From assembly GCA_964016885.1 (NCBI GenBank), contig OZ024744.1, forward strand, positions 107,508,001 to 107,572,000: a stretch of DNA of 64,000 bases. The letters are read 5' to 3'. Below, in pieces: positions 49,701 through 64,000 of this stretch. This stretch comes from Eledone cirrhosa. Taxonomy: Eukaryota. The position numbers and the translations under genes were made by a program. The stretch's first letter is position 1. The number at the start of each line of letters is the position of its first letter. The notes under the pieces are model-generated. The model was not told where the DNA came from, did no database searches, and saw only the letters and a program-made list of their open reading frames with translations.

Positions 49701-52700
49701 ACTGTCCCATCTGTAATGCACTCAACAGATACAGTGTTGATATCTGGGCAGTGAGACCTAACTGTCCCATCTGTAATGTACTCCACAGATACAGTGTTGA
49801 TATCTGTACAGTGAGACCTGACTGTGCCATCTGTGATGTACTCAACAGATACAGTGTTGATATCTGGGTAGGGAGACCTGACTGTCCCATCTGTAATGCA
49901 CTCAACAGATACAGTGTTGATATCTGTACAGTGAGACCTGACTGTCCCATCTGTAATTAACTCAACAGATACAGTGTTGATATCTGTACAGTAAGACCTG
50001 ACTGTCCCATCTGTAATATACTCAACAGATACAGTGTTGATATCTGTACAGTGAGACCTGACTGTCCCATCTGTAATTAACTCAACAGATACAGTGTTGA
50101 TATCTGTACAGTAAGACCTGACTGTCCCATCTGTAATGTATTCAACAGATACAGTGTTGATATCTATACAGTAAGACCTGACTGTGCCATCTGTGATGTA
50201 CTCAACAGATACAGTGTTGATATCTGTACAGTGAGACCTGACTGTCCCATCTGTAATGTACTCAACAGATACAGTGTTGATATCTGTACAGTAAGACCTG
50301 ACTGTGCCATCTGTGATGTACTCAACAGATACAGTGTTGATATCTGTACAGTAAGACCTGACTGTCCCATCTGTAATGTATTCAACAGATACAGTGTTGA
50401 TATCTGTACAGTGAGACCTGACTGTCCCATCTGTGATGTACTCAACAGATACAGTGTTGATATCTGTACAGTGAGACCTGACTGTCCCATCTGTAATGTA
50501 CTCAACAGATACGATGTTGATATCTGTACAGTGAGACCTGACTGTCCCATCTGTAATATACTCAACAGATACAGTGTTGATATCTGTACAGTGAGACCTG
50601 ACTGTCCCATCTGTAATATACTCAACAGATACAGTGTTGATATCTGTGCAGTAAGACCTGACTGTCCCATCTGTAATGCACTCAACAGATACAGTGTTGA
50701 TATCTGTACAGTGAGACCTGACTGTCCCATCTGTAATATACTCAACGGATACAGTGTTGATATCTGGGTAGGGAGACCTGACTGTCCCATCTGTAATGCA
50801 CTCAACAGATACAGTGTTGATATCTGTACAGTAAGACCTGACTGTCCCATCTGTAATGTACTCAACAGATACAGTGTTGATATCTGTACAGTAAGACCCG
50901 ACTGTCCCATCTGTAATGCACTCAACAGATAGTGTTGATATCTGTACAGTAAGACCTGACTGTCCCATCTGCAATGCACTCAACAGATACAGTGTTGATA
51001 TCTGGGCAGTGAGACCTAACTGTCCCATCTGTAATGTACTCAACAGATACAGTGTTGATATCTGTACAGTGAGACCTGACTGTGCCATCTGTGATGTACT
51101 CAACAGATACAGTGTTGATATCTGGGTAGGGAGACCTGACTGTCCCATCTGTAATGCACTCAACAGATACAGTGTTGATATCTGTACAGTGAGACCTGAC
51201 TGTCCCATCTGTAATTAACTCAACAGATACAGTGTTGATATCTGTACAGTAAGACCTGACTGTCCCATCTGTAATATACTCAACAGATACAGTGTTGATA
51301 TCTGTACAGTGAGACCTGACTGTCCCATCTGTAATATACTCAACAGATACAGTGTTGATATCTGGGTAGTGAGACCTGACTGTATCATCTGTAATGCACT
51401 CAACAGATACAGTGTTGATATATGTACAGTAAGACCTGACTGTCCCATCTGTAATGTACTCAACAGATACAGTGTTGATATCTGTACAGTGAGGCCTGAC
51501 TGTCCCATCTGTAATGCACTCAACAGATACAGTGTTGTATCTGTACAATGAGACCTGACTGTCTCATCTGTAATATACTCAATAGATACAGTGTTGATAT
51601 CTGTACAGTGAGACCTGACTCCCATCTGTAATGTACTCAACAGATAGTGTTGATATCTTTACAGTCAGACCTGACCGTCCCATCTGTAATGTACTCAACA
51701 GATACAGTGTTGATATCTGTACAGTGAGACCTGACTGTCCCATCTGTAATATACTCAACAGATACAGTATTGATATCTGGGTAGGGAGACCTGACTGTCC
51801 CATCTGTAATGCACTCAATAGATAGTGTTGATATCTGTACAGTAAGACCTGACTGTCCCATCTGTAATGCACTCAATAGATACAGTGTTGATATCTGTAC
51901 AGTAAGACCTGACTGTGCCATCTGTAATTAACTCAACAGATACAGTGTTGATATCTGTACAGTGAGACCTGACTGTCCCATCTGTAATGTACTCAACAGA
52001 TACAGTGTTGATATCTGTACAGTGAGACCTGACTGTCCCATCTGTAATGTACTCAACAGATACAGTGTTGATATCTGTACAGTAACACCTGACTGTCCCA
52101 TCTGTAATGCACTCAACAGATACAGTGTTGATATCTGTACAGTAAGACCTGACTGTATCATCTGTAATGCACTCAACAGATACAGTGTTGATATCTGTAC
52201 AGTGAGACCTGACTGTCCCATCTGTAATATACTCAACAGATACAGTGTTGATATCTGGGTAGGGAGACCTGACTGTGCCATCTGTGATGTACTCAACAGA
52301 TACAGTGTTGATATCTGGGTAGGGAGACCTGACTGTCCCATCTGTAATGCACTCAACAGATACAGTGTTGATATCTGTACAGTGAGACCTGACTGTCCCA
52401 TCTGTAATTAACTCAACAGATACAGTGTTGATATCTGTACAGTAAGACCTGACTGTCCCATCTGTAATATACTCAACAGATACAGTGTTGATATCTGTAC
52501 AGTGAGACCTGACTGTCCCATCTGTAATTAACTCAACAGATACAGTGTTGATATCTGTACAGTAAGACCTGACTGTCCCATCTGTAATATACTCAACAGA
52601 TACAGTGTTGATATCTGTACAGTGAGACCTGACTGTCCCATCTGTAATATACTCAACAGATACAGTGTTGATATCTGTACAGTGAGACCTGACTGTCCCA

Positions 52701-55700
52701 TCTGTAATATACTCAACAGATACAGTGTTGATATCTGGGTAGTGAGACCTGACTGTATCATCTGTAATGCACTCAACAGATACAGTGTTGATATATGTAC
52801 AGTAAGACCTGACTGTCCCATCTGTAATGTACTCAACAGATACAGTGTTGATATCTGTACAGTGAGGCCTGACTGTCCCATCTGTAATGCACTCAACAGA
52901 TACAGTGTTGTATCTGTACAGTGAGACCTGACTGTCTCATCTGTAATGTACTCAATAGATACAGTGTTGATACCTGTACAGTGAGACCTGACTCCCATCT
53001 GTAATGTACTCAACAGATAGTATTGATATCTTTACAGTCAGACCTGACCGTCCCATCTGTAATGTACTCAACAGATACAGTGTTGATATCTGTACAGTGA
53101 GACCTGACTGTCCCATCTGTAATATACTCAACAGATACAGTGTTGATATCTGGGTAGGGAGACCTGACTGTCCCATCTGTAATGCACTCAACAGATAGTG
53201 TTGATATCTGTACAGTAAGACCTGACTGTCCCATCTGTAATGCACTCAATAGATACAGTGTTGATATCTGTACAGTGAGACCTGACTGTCCCATCTGTAA
53301 TTAACTCAACAGATACAGTGTTGATATCTGTACAGTGAGACCTGACTGTCCCATCTGTAATGTACTCAACAGATACAGTGTTGATATCTGTACAGTAACA
53401 CCTGACTGTCCCATCTGTAATGCACTCAACAGATACAGTGTTGATATCTGTACAGTAAGACCTGACTGTATCATCTGTAATGCACTCAACAGATACAGTG
53501 TTGATATCTGTACAGTGAGACCTGACTGTCCCATCTGTAATATACTCAACAGATACAGTGTTGATATCTGGGTAGTGAGACCTGACTGTATCATCTGTAA
53601 TGCACTCAACAGATACAGTGTTGATATATGTACAGTAAGACCTGACTGTCCCATCTGTAATGTACTCAACAGATACAGTGTTGATATCTGTACAGTAAGA
53701 CCTGACTGTTCCATCTGTAATGTACTCAACAGATACAGTGTTGATATCTGTACAGTGAGACCTGACTGTCCCATCTGTAATGCACTCAACAGATACAGTG
53801 TTGATATCTGTACAGTGAGACCTGACTGTCCCATCTGTAATGCACTCAACAGATACAGTGTTGATACCTGTACAGTAAGACCTGACTGTCCCATCTGTAA
53901 TGCACTCAACAGATACAGTGTTGATATCTGTACAGTGAGACCTGACTGTCCCATCTGTAATGCACTCAACAGATAGTGTTGATATCTGTACAGTAAGACC
54001 TGACTGTCCCATCTGTAATGTACTCAACAGATAGTGTTGATATCTTTACAGTGAGACCTGACCGTCCCATCTGTAATGCACTCAACAGATACAGTGTTGA
54101 TATCTGTTCAGTGAGACCTGACTGTCCCATCTGTAATGCACTCAACAGATAGTGTTGATATCTGTACAGTAAGACCTGACTGTCCCATCTGTAATGCACT
54201 CAATAGATACAGTGTTGATATCTTTACAGTAAGACCTGACTGTCCCATCTGTAATGCACTCAACAGATACAGTGTTGATATCTTTACAGTAAGACCTGAC
54301 TGTCCCATCTGTAACGTAATCAACAGATACAGTGTTGATATCTGTACAGTAACACCTGACTGTCCCATCTGTAATGTACTCAACAGATACAGTGTTGATA
54401 TCTGTACAGTGAGACCTGACTGTCCCATCTGTAATGTACTCAACAGATACAGTGTTGATATCTGTACAGTGAGACCTGACTGTCCCATCTGTAATGCACT
54501 CAACAGATACAGTGTTGATATCTGTACAGTGAGACCCGACTGTCCCATCTGTAATGCACTCAACAGATACAGTGTTGATATCTGTACAGTGAGACCTGAC
54601 CGTCCAATCTGTAACGTACTCAACAGATACAGTGTTGATATATGTACAGTAAGACCCGACTGTCCCATCTGTAATGCACTCAACAGATACAGTGTTGATA
54701 TCTGTACAGTAACACCTGACTGTCCCATCTGTAATGCACTCAACAGATAGTGTTGATATCTTTACAGTAAGACCTGACTGTGCCATCTGTAATGTACTCA
54801 ACAGATACAGTGTTGATATCCATACAGTAAGACTTGACTGTGCCATCTGTAATGCACTCAACAGATACAGTGTTGATATCTGTACAGTAAGACCTGACTG
54901 TGCCATCTGTAATGCACTCAACAGATACAGTGTTGATATCTGTACAGTAAGACCTGACTGTCCCATCTGTAGTGTACTCAACAGATACAGTGTTGATATC
55001 TTTACAGTGAGACCTGACTGTCCCATCTGTAATGTACTCAACAGATACAGTGTTGATATCTTTACAGTGAGACCCGACTGTCCCATCTGTAGTGAACTCA
55101 ACAGATACAGTGTTGATATCTTTACAGTGAGACCTGACTGTCCCGTCTGTAATGCACCCAACAGATACAGTGTTGATATCTTTACAGTGAGACCTGACTG
55201 TCCCATGTGTAATGTACTCAACAGATACAGTGTTGATATCTGTACAGTAAGACCTGACTGTGCCATCTGTAATGCACTCAACAGATACAGTGTTGATATG
55301 TGTACAGTGAGACCTGACCGTCCGATCTGTAATGTACTCAACAGATACAGTGTTGATATATGTACAGTAAGACCCGACTGTCCCATCTGTAATGCACTCA
55401 ACAGATACAGTGTTGATATCTGTACACTGAGACTTGACTGTCCCATCTGTAATGTACTCAACAGATACAGTGTTGATATCTGTACAGTGAGACCTGACCG
55501 TCCGATCTGTAATGTACTCAACAGATACAGTGTTGATATATGTACAGTAAGACCTGACTGTCCCATCTGTAATACACTCAACAGATACAGTGTAGATATC
55601 TGTACAGTAAGACCCGACTGTCCCATCTGTAATGCACTCAACAGATACAGTGTTGATATCTGTACAGTAACACCTGACTGTTCCATCTGTAATGCACTCA

Positions 55701-58700
55701 ATAGATACAGTGTTGATATCTGTACAGTAAGACCTGACTGTCCCATCTGTAATTAACTCAACAGATACAGTTTTGATATCTGTACAGTGAGACCTGACTG
55801 TCCCATCTGTAATGTACTCAACAGATACAGTGTTGATATCTGTACAGTGAGACCTGACTGTCCCATCTGTAATGTACTCAACAGATACAGTGTTGATATC
55901 TGTACAGTAACACCTGACTGTCCCATCTGTAATGCACTCAACAGATACAGTGTTGATATCTGTACAGTAAGACCTGACTGTATCATCTGTAATGCACTCA
56001 ACAGATACAGTGTTGATATCTGTACAGTGAGACCTGACTGTCCCATCTGTAATATACTCAACAGATACAGTGTTGATATCTGGGTAGTGAGACCTGACTG
56101 TATCATCTGTAATGCACTCAACAGATACAGTGTTGATATCTGTACAGTGAGACCTGACTGTCCCATCTGTAATGCACTCAACAGATACAGTGTTGATACC
56201 TGTACAGTAAGACCTGACTGTCCCATCTGTAATGCACTCAACAGATACAGTGTTGATATCTGTACAGTGAGACCTGACTGTCCCATCTGTAATGCACTCA
56301 ACAGATAGTGTTGATATCTGTACAGTGAGACCTGACTGTCCCATCTGTAATGCACTCAACAGATAGTGTTGATATCTGTACAGTAAGACCTGACTGTCCC
56401 ATCTGTAATGTACTCAACAGATAGTGTTGATATCTTTACAGTGAGACCTGACCGTCCCATCTGTAATGCACTCAACAGATACAGTGTTGATATCTGTTCA
56501 GTGAGACCTGACTGTCCCATCTGTAATGCACTCAACAGATAGTGTTGATATCTGTACAGTAAGACCTGACTGTCCCATCTGTAATGCACTCAATAGATAC
56601 AGTGTTGATATCTTTACAGTAAGACCTGACTGTCCCATCTGTAATGCACTCAACAGATACAGTGTTGATATCTTTACAGTAAGACCTGACTGTCCCATCT
56701 GTAACGTAATCAACAGATACAGTGTTGATATCTGTACAGTAACACCTGACTGTCCCATCTGTAATGTACTCAACAGATACAGTGTTGATATCTGTACAGT
56801 GAGACCTGACTGTCCCATCTGTAATGTACTCAACAGATACAGTGTTGATATCTGTACAGTGAGACCTGACTGTCCCATCTGTAATGCACTCAACAGATAC
56901 AGTGTTGATATCTGTACAGTGAGACCCGACTGTCCCATCTGTAATGCACTCAACAGATACAGTGTTGATATCTGTACAGTGAGACCTGACCGTCCAATCT
57001 GTAACGTACTCAACAGATACAGTGTTGATATATGTACAGTAAGACCCGACTGTCCCATCTGTAATGCACTCAACAGATACAGTGTTGATATCTGTACAGT
57101 AACACCTGACTGTCCCATCTGTAATGCACTCAACAGATAGTGTTGATATCTTTACAGTAAGACCTGACTGTGCCATCTGTAATGTACTCAACAGATACAG
57201 TGTTGATATCCATACAGTAAGACTTGACTGTGCCATCTGTAATGCACTCAACAGATACAGTGTTGATATCTGTACAGTAAGACCTGACTGTGCCATCTGT
57301 AATGCACTCAACAGATACAGTGTTGATATCTGTACAGTAAGACCTGACTGTCCCATCTGTAGTGTACTCAACAGATACAGTGTTGATATCTTTACAGTGA
57401 GACCTGACTGTCCCATCTGTAATGTACTCAACAGATACAGTGTTGATATCTTTACAGTGAGACCCGACTGTCCCATCTGTAGTGAACTCAACAGATACAG
57501 TGTTGATATCTTTACAGTGAGACCTGACTGTCCCGTCTGTAATGCACCCAACAGATACAGTGTTGATATCTTTACAGTGAGACCTGACTGTCCCATGTGT
57601 AATGTACTCAACAGATACAGTGTTGATATCTGTACAGTAAGACCTGACTGTGCCATCTGTAATGCACTCAACAGATACAGTGTTGATATGTGTACAGTGA
57701 GACCTGACCGTCCGATCTGTAATGTACTCAACAGATACAGTGTTGATATATGTACAGTAAGACCCGACTGTCCCATCTGTAATGCACTCAACAGATACAG
57801 TGTTGATATCTGTACACTGAGACTTGACTGTCCCATCTGTAATGTACTCAACAGATACAGTGTTGATATCTGTACAGTGAGACCTGACCGTCCGATCTGT
57901 AATGTACTCAACAGATACAGTGTTGATATATGTACAGTAAGACCTGACTGTCCCATCTGTAATACACTCAACAGATACAGTGTAGATATCTGTACAGTAA
58001 GACCCGACTGTCCCATCTGTAATGCACTCAACAGATACAGTGTTGATATCTGTACAGTAACACCTGACTGTTCCATCTGTAATGCACTCAACAGATAGTG
58101 TTGATATCTGTACAGTAAGACCTGACTGTCCCATCTGTAATGCACTCAATAGATACAGTGTTGATATCTGTACAGTAAGACCTGACTGTCCCATCTGTAA
58201 TTAACTCAACAGATACAGTTTTGATATCTGTACAGTGAGACCTGACTGTCCCATCTGTAATGTACTCAACAGATACAGTGTTGATATCTGTACAGTGAGA
58301 CCTGACTGTCCCATCTGTAATGTACTCAACAGATACAGTGTTGATATCTGTACAGTAACACCTGACTGTCCCATCTGTAATGCACTCAACAGATACAGTG
58401 TTGATATCTGTACAGTAAGACCTGACTGTATCATCTGTAATGCACTCAACAGATACAGTGTTGATATCTGTACAGTGAGACCTGACTGTCCCATCTGTAA
58501 TATACTCAACAGATACAGTGTTGATATCTGGGTAGTGAGACCTGACTGTATCATCTGTAATGCACTCAACAGATACAGTGTTGATATATGTACAGTAAGA
58601 CCTGACTGTCCCATCTGTAATGTACTCAACAGATACAGTGTTGATATCTGTACAGTAAGACCTGACTGTTCCATCTGTAATGTACTCAACAGATACAGTG

Positions 58701-61700
58701 TTGATATCTGTACAGTGAGACCTGACTGTCCCATCTGTAATGCACTCAACAGATACAGTGTTGATATCTGTACAGTGAGACCTGACTGTCCCATCTGTAA
58801 TGCACTCAACAGATACAGTGTTGATACCTGTACAGTAAGACCTGACTGTCCCATCTGTAATGCACTCAACAGATACAGTGTTGATATCTGTACAGTGAGA
58901 CCTGACTGTCCCATCTGTAATGCACTCAACAGATAGTGTTGATATCTGTACAGTGAGACCTGACTGTCCCATCTGTAATGCACTCAACAGATAGTGTTGA
59001 TATCTGTACAGTAAGACCTGACTGTCCCATCTGTAATGTACTCAACAGATAGTGTTGATATCTTTACAGTGAGACCTGACCGTCCCATCTGTAATGCACT
59101 CAACAGATACAGTGTTGATATCTGTTCAGTGAGACCTGACTGTCCCATCTGTAATGCACTCAACAGATAGTGTTGATATCTGTACAGTAAGACCTGACTG
59201 TCCCATCTGTAATGCACTCAATAGATACAGTGTTGATATCTTTACAGTAAGACCTGACTGTCCCATCTGTAATGCACTCAACAGATACAGTGTTGATATC
59301 TTTACAGTAAGACCTGACTGTCCCATCTGTAACGTAATCAACAGATACAGTGTTGATATCTGTACAGTAACACCTGACTGTTCCATCTGTAATGCACTCA
59401 ACAGATAGTGTTGATATCTTTACAGTAAGACGTGACTGAGCCATCTGTAATGTACTCAACAGACACAGTGTTGATATCTGTACAGTAAGACCTGACTGTG
59501 CCATCTGTAATGCACTCAACAGATACAGTGTTGATATGTGTACAGTGAGACCTGACCGTCCGATCTGTAATGTACTCAACAGATACAGTGTTGATATATG
59601 TACAGTAAGACCCGACTGTCCCATCTGTAATGCACTCAACAGATACAGTGTTGATATCTGTACACTGAGACTTGACTGTCCCATCTGTAATGTACTCAAC
59701 AGATACAGTGTTGATATCTGTACAGTGAGACCTGACCGTCCGATCTGTAATGTACTCAACAGATACAGTGTTGATATATGTACAGTAAGACCTGACTGTC
59801 CCATCTGTAATGCACTCAACAGATACAGTGTTGATATCTGTACAGTAAGACCCGACTGTCCCATCTGTAATGCACTCAACAGATACAGTGTTGATATCTG
59901 TACAGTAACACCTGACTGTTCCATCTGTAATGCACTCAACAGATAGTGTTGATATCTTTACAGTAAGACCTGACTGAGCCATCTGTAATGCACTCAACAG
60001 ATACAGTGTTGATATCTGTACAGTAAGACCTGACCGTCCCATCTGTAATGTACTCAACAGATACAGTGTTGATATCTGTACAGTGAGACCTGACTGTCCC
60101 ATCTGTAATATACTCAACAGATACAGTGTTGATATCTGGGTAGGGAGACCTGACTGTCCCATCTGTAATGCACTCAACAGATAGTGTTGATATCTGTACA
60201 GTAAGACCTGACTGTCCCATCTGTAATGCATTCAATAGATACAGTGTTGATATCTGTACAGTAAGACCTGACTGTCCCATCTGTAATTAACTCAACAGAT
60301 ACAGTGTTGATATCTGTACAGTGAGACCTGACTGTCCCATCTGTAATGTATTCAACAGATACAGTGTTGATATCTGTACAGTGAGACCTGACTGTCCCAT
60401 CTGTAATGTACTCAACAGATACAGTGTTGATATCTGTACAGTAACACCTGACTGTCCCATCTGTAATGCACTCAACAGATACAGTGTTGATATCTGTACA
60501 GTAAGACCTGACTGTATCATCTGTAATGCACTCAACAGATACAGTGTTGATATCTGTACAGTGAGACCTGACTGTCCCATCTGTAATATACTCAACAGAT
60601 ACAGTGTTGATATCTGGGTAGTGAGACCTGACTGTATCATCTGTAATGCACTCAACAGATACAGTGTTGATATATGTACAGTAAGACCTGACTGTCCCAT
60701 CTGTAATGTACTCAACAGATACAGTGTTGATATCTGTACAGTAAGACCTGACTGTTCCATCTGTAATGTACTCAACAGATACAGTGTTGATATCTGTACA
60801 GTGAGACCTGACTGTCCCATCTGTAATTCACTCAACAGATACAGTGTTGATATCTGTACAGTGAGACCTGACTGTCCCATCTGTAATGCACTCAACAGAT
60901 ACAGTGTTGATACCTGTACAGTAAGACCTGACTGTCCCATCTGTAATGCACTCAACAGATACAGTGTTGATATCTGTACAGTGAGACCTGACTGTCCCAT
61001 CTGTAATGCACTCAACAGATAGTGTTGATATCTGTACAGTGAGACCTGACTGTCCCATCTGTAATGCACTCAACAGATAGTGTTGATATCTGTACAGTAA
61101 GACCTGACTGTCCCATCTGTAATGTACTCAACAGATAGTGTTGATATCTTTACAGTGAGACCTGACCGTCCCATCTGTAATGCACTCAACAGATACAGTG
61201 TTGATATCTGTTCAGTGAGACCTGACTGTCCCATCTGTAATGCACTCAACAGATAGTGTTGATATCTGTACAGTAAGACCTGACTGTCCCATCTGTAATG
61301 CACTCAATAGATACAGTGTTGATATCTTTACAGTAAGACCTGACTGTCCCATCTGTAATGCACTCAACAGATACAGTGTTGATATCTTTACAGTAAGACC
61401 TGACTGTCCCATCTGTAACGTAATCAACAGATACAGTGTTGATATCTGTACAGTAACACCTGACTGTCCCATCTGTAATGTACTCAACAGATACAGTGTT
61501 GATATCTGTACAGTGAGACCTGACTGTCCCATCTGTAATGTACTCAGCAGATACAGTGTTGATATCTGTACAGTGAGACCTGACTGTCCCATCTGTAATG
61601 CACTCAACAGATACAGTGTTGATATCTGTACAGTGAGACCCGACTGTCCCATCTGTAATGCACTCAACAGATACAGTGTTGATATCTGTACAGTGAGACC

Positions 61701-64000
61701 TGACCGTCCAATCTGTAACGTACTCAACAGATACAGTGTTGATATATGTACAGTAAGACCCGACTGTCCCATCTGTAATGCACTCAACAGATACAGTGTT
61801 GATATCTGTACAGTAACACCTGACTGTCCCATCTGTAATGCACTCAACAGATAGTGTTGATATCTTTACAGTAAGACCTGACTGTGCCATCTGTAATGTA
61901 CTCAACAGATACAGTGTTGATATCCGTACAGTAAGACTTGACTGTGCCATCTGTAATGCACTCAACAGATACAGTGTTGATATCTGTACAGTAAGACCTG
62001 ACTGTCCCATCTGTAGTGTACTCAACAGATACAGTGTTGATATCTTTACAGTGAGACCTGACTGTCCCATCTGTAATGTACTCAACAGATACAGTGTTGA
62101 TATCTTTACAGTGAGACCCGACAGTCCCATCTGTAGTGAACTCAACAGATACAGTGTTGATATCTTTACAGTGAGACCTGACTGTCCCGTCTGTAATGCA
62201 CCCAACAGATACAGTGTTGATATCTTTACAGTGAGACCTGACTGTCCCATGTGTAATGTACTCAACAGATACAGTGTTGATATCTGTACAGTAAGACCTG
62301 ACTGTGCCATCTGTAATGCACTCAACAGATACAGTGTTGATATGTGTACAGTGAGACCTGACCGTCCGATCTGTAATGTACTCAACAGATACAGTGTTGA
62401 TATATGTACAGTAAGACCCGACTGTCCCATCTGTAATGCACTCAACAGATACAGTGTTGATATCTGTACACTGAGACTTGACTGTCCCATCTGTAATGTA
62501 CTCAACAGATACAGTGTTGATATCTGTACAGTGAGACCTGACCGTCCGATCTGTAATGTACTCAACAGATACAGTGTTGATATATGTACAGTAAGACCTG
62601 ACTGTCCCATCTGTAATGCACTCAACAGATACAGTGTTGATATCTGTACAGTAAGACCCGACTGTCCCATCTGTAATGCACTCAACAGATACAGTGTTGA
62701 TATCTGTACAGTAACACCTGACTGTTCCATCTGTAATGCACTCAACAGATAGTGTTGATATCTTTACAGTAAGACCTGACTGAGCCATCTGTAATGCACT
62801 CAACAGATACAGTGTTGATATCTGTACAGTAAGACCTGACCGTCCCATCTGTAATGTACTCAACAGATACAGTGTTGATATCTGTACAGTGAGACCTAAC
62901 TGTCCCATCTGTAATATACTCAACAGATACAGTGTTGATATCTGGGTAGGGAGACCTGACTGTCCCATCTGTAATGCACTCAACAGATAGTGTTGATATC
63001 TGTACAGTAAGACCTGACTGTCCCATCTGTAATGCACTCAATAGATACAGTGTTGATATCTGTACAGTAAGACCTGACTGTCCCATCTGTAATTAACTCA
63101 ACAGATACAGTGTTGATATCTGTACAGTGAGACCTGACTGTCCCATCTGTAATGTACTCAACAGATACAGTGTTGATATCTGTACAGTGAGACCTGACTG
63201 TCCCATCTGTAATGTACTCAACAGATACAGTGTTGATATCTGTACAGTAACACCTGACTGTCCCATCTGTAATGCACTCAACAGATACAGTGTTGATATC
63301 TGTACAGTAAGACCTGACTGTATCATCTGTAATGCACTCAACAGATACAGTGTTGATATCTGTACAGTGAGACCTGACTGTCCCATCTGTAATATACTCA
63401 ACAGATACAGTGTTGATATCTGGGTAGTGAGACCTGACTGTATCATCTGTAATGCACTCAACAGATACAGTGTTGATATATGTACAGTAAGACCTGACTG
63501 TCCCATCTGTAATGTACTCAACAGATACAGTGTTGATATCTGTACAGTAAGACCTGACTGTTCCATCTGTAATGTACTCAACAGATACAGTGTTGATATC
63601 TGTACAGTGAGACCTGACTGTCCCATCTGTAATGCTCTCAACAGATACAGTGTTGATATCTGTACAGTGAGACCTGACTGTCCCATCTGTAATGCACTCA
63701 ACAGATACAGTGTTGATACCTGTACAGTAAGACCTGACTGTCCCATCTGTAATGCACTCAACAGATACAGTGTTGATATCTGTACAGTGAGACCTGACTG
63801 TCCCATCTGTAATGCACTCAACAGATAGTGTTGATATCTGTACAGTAAGACCTGACTGTCCCATCTGTAATGCACTCAATAGATACAGTGTTGATATCTT
63901 TACAGTAAGACCTGACTGTCCCATCTGTAATGCACTCAACAGATACAGTGTTGATATCTTTACAGTAAGACCTGACTGTCCCATCTGTAACGTAATCAAC
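46731..64000. repeat. 60-bp satellite, right segment (about 290 copies, continues past the window), with higher-order repeats
   Basis: Same unit as 42136-43636. Blocks with identical variant order recur (e.g. 54136-54750, 56526-57140 and 61240-61854). Confidence 0.99.

Noticed and set aside
42087-64000. CxxC-repeat ORFs (RPDCPICNALNRYSVDICTV)n and their antisense ORFs as zinc-finger or cytochrome-like proteins
   Set aside because: The 60-bp unit is open in three frames at once. Frequent 2-bp deletions and TAA variants are propagated, and the unit derives from a decayed LINE endonuclease.

Overview
AT-rich, repeat-dense eukaryotic DNA. The SINE/LINE repertoire suggests an octopod cephalopod (inference). 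About 4.2-34.4 kb on the + strand holds the last eight exons of one gene. Their GT-AG sites are phase-compatible and splice into a 727-aa Q/S/T-rich C-terminus, tentatively EP400/Domino-like. The rest is retrotransposon and transposon debris (Tx1/L1, RTE/BovB, R4-like, Penelope, mariner, MITEs, tRNA-derived SINEs) plus at least eight tandem arrays with units of 35-95 bp. Most of these arrays trace to short pieces of the transposons they sit in. The very long ORFs in the ORF track at 8.4-14 kb and 42-64 kb are satellite artefacts. The most unusual object is a GC-rich LTR retrotransposon inserted in the 60-bp satellite (43637-46730, - strand). It has gag, a -1 frameshift signal, protease, a DIRS-like RT/RNase H and a truncated integrase. 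Its primer-binding site lacks the canonical TGG and is exactly complementary to the first 12 nt of the 5' end of tRNA-Phe. A related solo LTR with a 5-bp TSD lies at 23527-23955.
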